The translations under genes were made by a program, and so were the position numbers. This document shows, piece after piece, positions 56,019 through 64,000 of a stretch of DNA of 64,000 nucleotides. This stretch comes from an uncultured Candidatus Saccharibacteria bacterium (GTDB lineage Bacteria > Patescibacteriota > Minisyncoccia > Phycocordibacterales > UBA6899): NCBI GenBank assembly GCA_964386905.1, contig CAYLUP010000002.1:522-64521 (forward strand). The letters are read 5' to 3'. The notes beneath the pieces are model-generated. The model was not told the DNA's origin. It did not search any database and saw only the letters and a list, made by a program, of their open reading frames with translations. Position 1 is the stretch's first letter. Each line of letters starts with the position of its first letter.

Positions 56019-57980
56019 ATGCTTATCTCTAAAAATTTACTTCAAACCTATTTCGACAAACCACTCCCATCTGCGGATGTGATTGCAGCAAAGCTGACTG
56101 CGCACAGTTTCGAAATTGAAGGTATTGAAAAAAAGAAAAAAGACACCTTGATTGATGTGAAGGTGTTGCCAAATAGAGCACACGACTGTCTTTCTCATCG
56201 AGGGATTGCGCGTGAGCTCGCAGCTGTGTTAAGTATTTCTCTCAAAAAGGAGAAACAACAAAAACTTCCAAAGGGAAGTAAGAAATCACCTTTGATTGAT
56301 GTCGATATCAAAGATAAGCGTTGCGTTCGTTACGCATCTTTGGTGTTATCTCAAGTTTCGGTGAATGAGTCTCCAAAGTGGCTTAAGGAGGCAATGGAGA
56401 CACTTGGTGCTCGATCGATCAATAATATTGTCGACGCAACAAACTATGTCCTCTATATGCTCGGCCAGCCACTACATGCATTCGATTACGACAAGCTCGT
56501 TGGAGCAAAAATTGTTGTTCGTGGGGCAAAAGAAGGTGAATCTATGACGACGTTGGATGGCAAGGTGATCGCGCTTGAAAAAGAGACTTTGGTTATTGCT
56601 GATAAAGAAGGCGTATTGGCGATTGCTGGCGTGAAGGGCGGGACAAAGGCAGAACTCACAAAAGAAACAAAAACGATTGCCATTGAAGCGGCCAGTTTTG
56701 ATGGTGCAACGGTGCGAAAGGCTGCTCAGAAGTACAATTTGCGCACGGATGCTGCAAAGCGTTTCGAGCAAGGTCTCACACCTCATCTTGTTGATGAGGC
56801 GCTTGCTGTTGTTGCTCAGCTTATTATCGATATTGCTGGCGGAAAGCAAGTTGTTGTCGGATTTCCTCAAATCAAGGGGAGAGACCTTCCTCCGCAGCGT
56901 TTTGTGTCGATCACACTGAAACAAGTGAATCGTATTATTGGTGCACCATATACCGCAAAGGAGATTGCGCAGATTTGGAAACGCTTAGGTTTTGCGGTGG
57001 CAACAACGACAAAAGCTGATGATGTACTTTGGAACGTTGCAGTTCCTCATGACCGTTTGGATATTACCCTGAAGGAGGATTTGGCTGAAGAAGTATCTCG
57101 TCTTGTTGGTCTTGAAGGATTACAGGGGACACTCCCAGAAGAACCACTTGCTGTTGCCGAGAGAAACATATTTTGGGAATTGCGCGACAGGGCACGTGAA
57201 GTATTGTTGGGTGCTGGGTTTTCGGAAGTGTATACGTATGCATTTAATGCCTATGGTGAAATTGAACTTCAGAATCCGCTTGCTTCAGATAGAAAGACTC
57301 TCCGAAACAATCTTTCACACGGTCTTCGTGCGGCAGTAACGGAGAATTTGAAGCATCGAGAAGAAGTTCGCATCTTTGAATTTGGTTCCATTTTTGGAAA
57401 AACAAAAGGGAAGGTGGTCGAAACACGCTCTCTTGGTGTGGAGATGGGTTTCCAGAAAAGAAAGCAGGCCCAAGTGAAAGAGGATTATGTGTGGCTGAAG
57501 GGCGTCCTGAACGCACTTGGAAAGGCCTGTGGCCTCCCTCCGTTTAACTATGTTGAAGGGGGCGGAGAAATAGCTGCTCAAGTTTACGTAAAAGACGTAC
57601 TTGTTGGTATGTTGAAGGTGCAAGGTTTTGAAATTGATTTTGATCTTCTTGTCTTAGCTGCGACACGAGAGAAGCAGCGAATGTATGCTGTTCCAAGTAA
57701 GTATCCGAAAGTAGTTCGTGATGTTGCATTGTGGGTACCAATGGAGGTCCGTGTTGGCGGCATCGAGGCACTAATCAAGAAGGTGATGGGTGATCTTGTC
57801 GTTGACCTGAAACTTTTTGATGTCTTTGAAAAGCCAGAAGAGCACAAGAAGAGTTTTGCTTTTCGTATGACACTGCAAAGCAATGATCATACGCTTTCAG
57901 ACGAAGAAGCAAATGAGGTTGCACACAGAGTTGTTACAGCACTGAAAGAGGCTGACGAGCGGTTTGATGTCAGAAGCTAG
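56019..57980 (+). CDS. pheT: Phenylalanine-tRNA ligase beta subunit (no B2 OB domain)
   Basis: PNRAHDCLS.RGIARE, INNIVD.TNY..GQPLHAFD, R.DI...DL.EE, SKYP...RD. Confidence 0.96.
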   Translation: MLISKNLLQTYFDKPLPSADVIAAKLTAHSFEIEGIEKKKKDTLIDVKVLPNRAHDCLSHRGIARELAAVLSISLKKEKQQKLPKGSKKSPLIDVDIKDKRCVRYASLVLSQVSVNESPKWLKEAMETLGARSINNIVDATNYVLYMLGQPLHAFDYDKLVGAKIVVRGAKEGESMTTLDGKVIALEKETLVIADKEGVLAIAGVKGGTKAELTKETKTIAIEAASFDGATVRKAAQKYNLRTDAAKRFEQGLTPHLVDEALAVVAQLIIDIAGGKQVVVGFPQIKGRDLPPQRFVSITLKQVNRIIGAPYTAKEIAQIWKRLGFAVATTTKADDVLWNVAVPHDRLDITLKEDLAEEVSRLVGLEGLQGTLPEEPLAVAERNIFWELRDRAREVLLGAGFSEVYTYAFNAYGEIELQNPLASDRKTLRNNLSHGLRAAVTENLKHREEVRIFEFGSIFGKTKGKVVETRSLGVEMGFQKRKQAQVKEDYVWLKGVLNALGKACGLPPFNYVEGGGEIAAQVYVKDVLVGMLKVQGFEIDFDLLVLAATREKQRMYAVPSKYPKVVRDVALWVPMEVRVGGIEALIKKVMGDLVVDLKLFDVFEKPEEHKKSFAFRMTLQSNDHTLSDEEANEVAHRVVTALKEADERFDVRS

Positions 57981-57988
57981 GAAACAGA

Positions 57989-58375
57989 GAGTCATGAGTT
58001 GTTGGAAAGAAATAACTCATGATTTATGATTTAGGATTTATGAATTATGAATTGTCATTGCGACGGCCCCGATTTAGGGTATGGGGTAAGGGGTATAGGG
58101 TATGGGAAGAACAAGAAAGAAGATAGGAGAATTACGTATTCAGAATTAAGAATTACGTATTGTCATTGCGACGGCCCCGAGTCTTCGAGGGACGGTGGCA
58201 ATCCAGGACTGCATTATTCTTTTAATCTTACATCAACAATTGAACATGTTTTCTCAAACAACCAACACAAAATGTGTTGGTTGTTTTCATATATACCTCA
58301 GTATGATTACACCCACTCTTCCGGTGTTGGTTTCGGGATTATATTCATAAATCATAAATCCTTAATCCTAGATTA
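57989..58375. repeat. Stacked heptamer repeats and palindromic element fragments
   Basis: GAGTCAT, GATTTAT/GAATTAT, GGGTATA and AGAATTA units; inverted ATAAATC copies at 58343-58375. Confidence 0.75.
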
Positions 58376-58535
58376 ATTTTGGAAATTCATGGCTATACAC
58401 GGCCATAATTTCGACATTTTTATCCCCACGTCAAGTTTGTAGATGGGTCGTAAAAATGGTAAAATAAGATATATTTATAGGCATTTTTGGCTGTCTTTTC
58501 ATGGGCAATTCTCATGACGAACAACTGACGATTAA

Positions 58536-60611
<2,076 letters not shown>

Positions 60612-60757
60612 AACAGGGAAGTCCCTGTTTTTTTGTTTTATGCAGTAGATTCATATATTTGTCAATTTTTTTAAAAATGGAAATGAATGAGAAAAAGTCC
60701 ATATTTGAAGCCATTGTATGTGTGTTTTTTGATTGCAAGTATTTTCATTGAGTATAC

Positions 60758-60877
60758 TGTGGATAACTCCGTGTATTTCTGTGCTTCATATGTGGATAAA
60801 AATCAAAATATGGCTCTGTTTAAAGGTAAAATATAGTAAAGCGTTGGAGGAATGGTTTTCCACAGAATTGTGGAAAA
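60758..60877. promoter_or_regulatory. DnaA box cluster
   Basis: TGTGGATAA at 60758 and 60791 (perfect); TTTTCCACA 60856 and TGTGGAAAA 60869 (1 mismatch each). Confidence 0.7.
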
Positions 60878-60926
60878 CTTTCAATGCAAAGTCATTTTTT
60901 GTGGCTGCAAATGATGACTGAGTGAA

Positions 60927-62903
60927 ATGGAAAAACACCCACACAATGCAATTGTCACGTTATCCAAAAGTGGCGTTCGTCCGCCTCCTGTAAGGATAAT
61001 TTCACAAAGTACCACCCTACGACGAAGTAGGGATTTTTCCGTATCCCCAACCAAATTAACCACTTCTCATGCTGTCCGACACGATGTGCGAGGGGATGAC
61101 AGAGATGTGCATTTGACGCATTCGAGTTTTTCTGTTACGCGCGCGCATGCGTACGCGCGCGCACGAAAAGATGAAGGGGGATTGAAGCGCGTCCTTGATG
61201 CTGTCCTCTCTGGTGGTGATGCGAAGGTTGCGTCGATTGCTCCAGCTCCGTTTTTGGTGCGTTTCATTGCTGTTTTGCTTCTTCCACTCATGCTTGTTAT
61301 GCCTCTTGCGCCCGCATATGCAAACGATGCTCCACTTGCAGATCGTATTGCTGCAGATGTTTCGGCACTTGTTGAATCAGCTGCACTTGCTTCAAACGAA
61401 TCCATTTCTCCTGACGAGAGTGCTCTTCCAGAAGATGTTGCTTCATCTTCCGATACACCGAGCGTGGCAGAAAATCTTTCACCAGAATCTGATACTGAAG
61501 TTTCTGCTGATGGGGAGGTGGACATGAGCGTTGCTCAGCCTGAAGTTGCTGGTGTTACCACTGAGCCATCGAGCGACCTTGCGCAAGAAATATCTCCTTC
61601 TCAAGACCTTGCATCAAATGAAGAAGTGCAGAACATTACCCCATCTGACACGAGCAGTTCTTCCGATACTCCTGTTGTACAGGACGATATACCTAGTCAA
61701 GATACATCTCCTGCGGTCGCGGATGGCGGTACTCAGGAGCCGCCCACTCAGGAAGTTGAAAATTCTGACACTACTACACCGAGCACTGACCTTCCTGTGC
61801 TTGCCGATGCTGAGAGTGTGGCAAATCCTGATGAGGTAATATCTGCAGATCCACAACCTATCACCGAAGAAGCACAGCTTGATGAGGTTGTGGAAGAGGT
61901 TCCTGTACTTGATGTTCCATCTCCTGAAACTGCTGTAAATCTTGATGAGCTTCGGGCACAAATCCGTGAAGAGCTTCGAGGAGAGGTGAAGCTTTCACTT
62001 CGACACGAAGTAGAACAGGAAGTATTCCGAGGGTGTAAAAATCTTGATGGTACTGGGTACTACTGTATCCCTGATGCAAAATCTTTTGGAGCACCAATCA
62101 TCGAAAATGAAAGAAATATCACTGTCGTTGTCCAGCAAGATGTGGGAGGGGGTGATAAAGAAATTTTCCTCGTTCGTAATGATTCAACAATGCAACTTAC
62201 ACACAACACTGATGACGATGCATTTCCTGTCCTCGACCCAGCAGGAGATACACTTGTGTGGCAGACACTCGTTGATGGTCGTTGGCAGATTGCCTATGCA
62301 CACCTCGACGATGTTGGTGTTCCAAAAGTTCGTATCCTCACAAACGGAGAAAACAATTTTAATCCAAAGGTGTATCGCGGGCGGATTGTTTGGCAGGCAT
62401 GGTTTGAAGGAAATTGGGAAATCGTTATTGCGACGCCTGCACATGACGTCATTACCGAAGACGCACTCACGAAAGAACATCGTATTTTGGGTATGAATGG
62501 CGAGTACGAAGTGCGTCGCATTACTGCAAATAATGCTCCTGATATGTTCCCATCGCTGTCGGATAACACACTATCGTGGCAGGCGCTTGACGATGGAGTG
62601 TGGCAAGTCTTCGCACACGATCTCGCGTCAGGAGAGACACGGCGTGTTTCGAAGAAGGGGGTAAAGAGTGAGTCGCCTGTACTCGCACTCGTCTGGAACG
62701 AGGAAACGGAACACGGTGCAATGCGCCTTGTTGGTCAAGATGTCCAAGGGTCAACGATGTTTGACTTCACGCAACTCGCAAAGCGCTTGGTGGATCAAGC
62801 AAGGGAGGTGCCAAATGCGCCGGTATCAAACACGGACATCGTAGTCACTGAACCGTCAGTGGTTCGAACGGAAGAAGAAGTAGCATCTTCTGCCGAAATA
62901 TAG
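60927..62903 (+). CDS. Surface protein with acidic linker and TolB-like beta-propeller repeats
   Basis: Hydrophobic segment ending PAYA; repeats EIF..QLT.N..DD.FP..LVWQ..DG.WQI; true start uncertain. Confidence 0.72.
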   Translation: MEKHPHNAIVTLSKSGVRPPPVRIISQSTTLRRSRDFSVSPTKLTTSHAVRHDVRGDDRDVHLTHSSFSVTRAHAYARARKDEGGLKRVLDAVLSGGDAKVASIAPAPFLVRFIAVLLLPLMLVMPLAPAYANDAPLADRIAADVSALVESAALASNESISPDESALPEDVASSSDTPSVAENLSPESDTEVSADGEVDMSVAQPEVAGVTTEPSSDLAQEISPSQDLASNEEVQNITPSDTSSSSDTPVVQDDIPSQDTSPAVADGGTQEPPTQEVENSDTTTPSTDLPVLADAESVANPDEVISADPQPITEEAQLDEVVEEVPVLDVPSPETAVNLDELRAQIREELRGEVKLSLRHEVEQEVFRGCKNLDGTGYYCIPDAKSFGAPIIENERNITVVVQQDVGGGDKEIFLVRNDSTMQLTHNTDDDAFPVLDPAGDTLVWQTLVDGRWQIAYAHLDDVGVPKVRILTNGENNFNPKVYRGRIVWQAWFEGNWEIVIATPAHDVITEDALTKEHRILGMNGEYEVRRITANNAPDMFPSLSDNTLSWQALDDGVWQVFAHDLASGETRRVSKKGVKSESPVLALVWNEETEHGAMRLVGQDVQGSTMFDFTQLAKRLVDQAREVPNAPVSNTDIVVTEPSVVRTEEEVASSAEI

Positions 62904-62909
62904 TTTTTT

Positions 62910-64000
62910 ATGAAAAATACTGCACACAATACGGCTGGGGCGATGTGTATCACCACAATTTTGCTTGTGGCGGTATTTTTCTTGAGCATCCCAGGGTTTG
63001 TCGTCATGGTGCAAAAGGCTCTCGGATTCGTTCCTGTTGCGCATGCGGCTGCGCAGTATGGGAAGGAGTTAAAGACTGCGGAATTTATTCTTGGAGGAGG
63101 AAGTGATAATACTCTTCGCGGAGACAATGTCCTCGCATATGCAGGTGCTACTTCGTGGTCAACGACAAAACCTTCTCTCGCTTCAGGGGCGACCCTCCTT
63201 ACACTCCTTGGTACAGGAATCAATGTCATTGATGCACAGATGGAAGTTTCATACGGTCTCGTGACGGCAAGCATACATGTGCTGGAGAATGATGTGTATC
63301 TTGATGTGGAAGGCGCTTCTAGTGAAGGGGTAAACACATTAGCATCAGAAATAAATTCTTCAGGAAACACAACCGCAACTGGCGTCGTGTTTGCTGGTTC
63401 GGGCACGACAGGATACGTGCAGACCGTCCATGATGTTACAACATTTTTTGAAACACAGACGGACACAGAATTTAATGCTGGTATTGCTGTTATTGCTGGG
63501 GTGCAAATCGATTTATCTGCTGCGGGGAATCGTTCTCTCACGACGGTAAAAATTAGTCTCACCTATGAAGTTGATGCATATGATGGTATTGATACAAATT
63601 ATGAATTAGTAAAGACAATTCGACTTCCACTTGATTCAACAAATGCTTCTGATACGGGATCTCGTGTGGCAACATGTCCTGCATCAACCACGTGTTCATT
63701 TTCTTTTGATCGATCAAGTCTTCCAGACCTCACTGTAAACGCGAACATTTTGAGTTCGTATGTCGAAGTGTATGCCCGGCAATCAGGTGCCATAAATACA
63801 ACCTTTTCTGCGAGTCTGAATAGTGGAGCTGGATCCCCGAGTTTCGCATCCAACGAGACTATTTCTGATGATACGACAATGCGTGTCTTGTGGGCTTTGC
63901 CTGTAGCAGATTATCAGTTAGGAAATTCACAGCAAACCCTTGCATTCACAAATGCAGCGGGAAGCCAAACAATACAATCTCTTGGTGGGGAAATTGCAAT
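62910..64000 (+). CDS. Large secreted Thr/Ser/Gly-rich surface protein, 3' end outside window
   Basis: ATG 62910, MKNTAHNTAGAMCITTILLVAVFFLS..VAHAAA; frame open to the window end, so absent from the track. Confidence 0.8.
   Translation, partial: MKNTAHNTAGAMCITTILLVAVFFLSIPGFVVMVQKALGFVPVAHAAAQYGKELKTAEFILGGGSDNTLRGDNVLAYAGATSWSTTKPSLASGATLLTLLGTGINVIDAQMEVSYGLVTASIHVLENDVYLDVEGASSEGVNTLASEINSSGNTTATGVVFAGSGTTGYVQTVHDVTTFFETQTDTEFNAGIAVIAGVQIDLSAAGNRSLTTVKISLTYEVDAYDGIDTNYELVKTIRLPLDSTNASDTGSRVATCPASTTCSFSFDRSSLPDLTVNANILSSYVEVYARQSGAINTTFSASLNSGAGSPSFASNETISDDTTMRVLWALPVADYQLGNSQQTLAFTNAAGSQTIQSLGGEIA

Noticed and set aside
60612-60926. Replication origin
   Set aside because: No dnaA/dnaN nearby and no change in gene orientation; kept only as a DnaA box cluster
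62795-63853. Minus-strand track ORFs (255 aa and 84 aa)
   Set aside because: Antisense shadows of the open + strand gene starting at 62910

Overview
Mostly + strand segment of a bacterial genome that looks like Patescibacteria/CPR (Parcubacteria-like). This is inferred from the shortened AlaS, PheS, PheT and EF-Ts, the coiled-coil lytic transglycosylase and the cohesin/dockerin/DUF916-like surface cluster. Standard code 11 appears to be used (TGA is a stop). The right half is housekeeping: secA, rplY, mnmA, galU, pyrH, tsaC, alaS, rpmE, prfA, rpsB, tsf, tRNA-Thr, pheST and gyrB. The left half is accessory. Best candidates for undescribed systems: (1) a minimal two-gene RiPP-like locus, with an uncalled 26-aa precursor (4505-4585) and a radical SAM/SPASM enzyme carrying a probable RRE, inside a region bracketed by a REP-associated tyrosine transposase and a deletion derivative of it; (2) a GNAT-type 'thermostable hemolysin'/acyl-signal synthase-like gene directly upstream of a LuxN-like multi-TM receptor lacking the phosphoacceptor His; (3) a surface-appendage cluster of three proteins sharing a pilin/WxL-like C-terminal domain, a DUF916-like partner, one dockerin and two cohesin proteins; (4) a stand-alone ~110-nt candidate small RNA upstream of rplY. 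All protein family calls come from motif recognition by eye; no database search was run.
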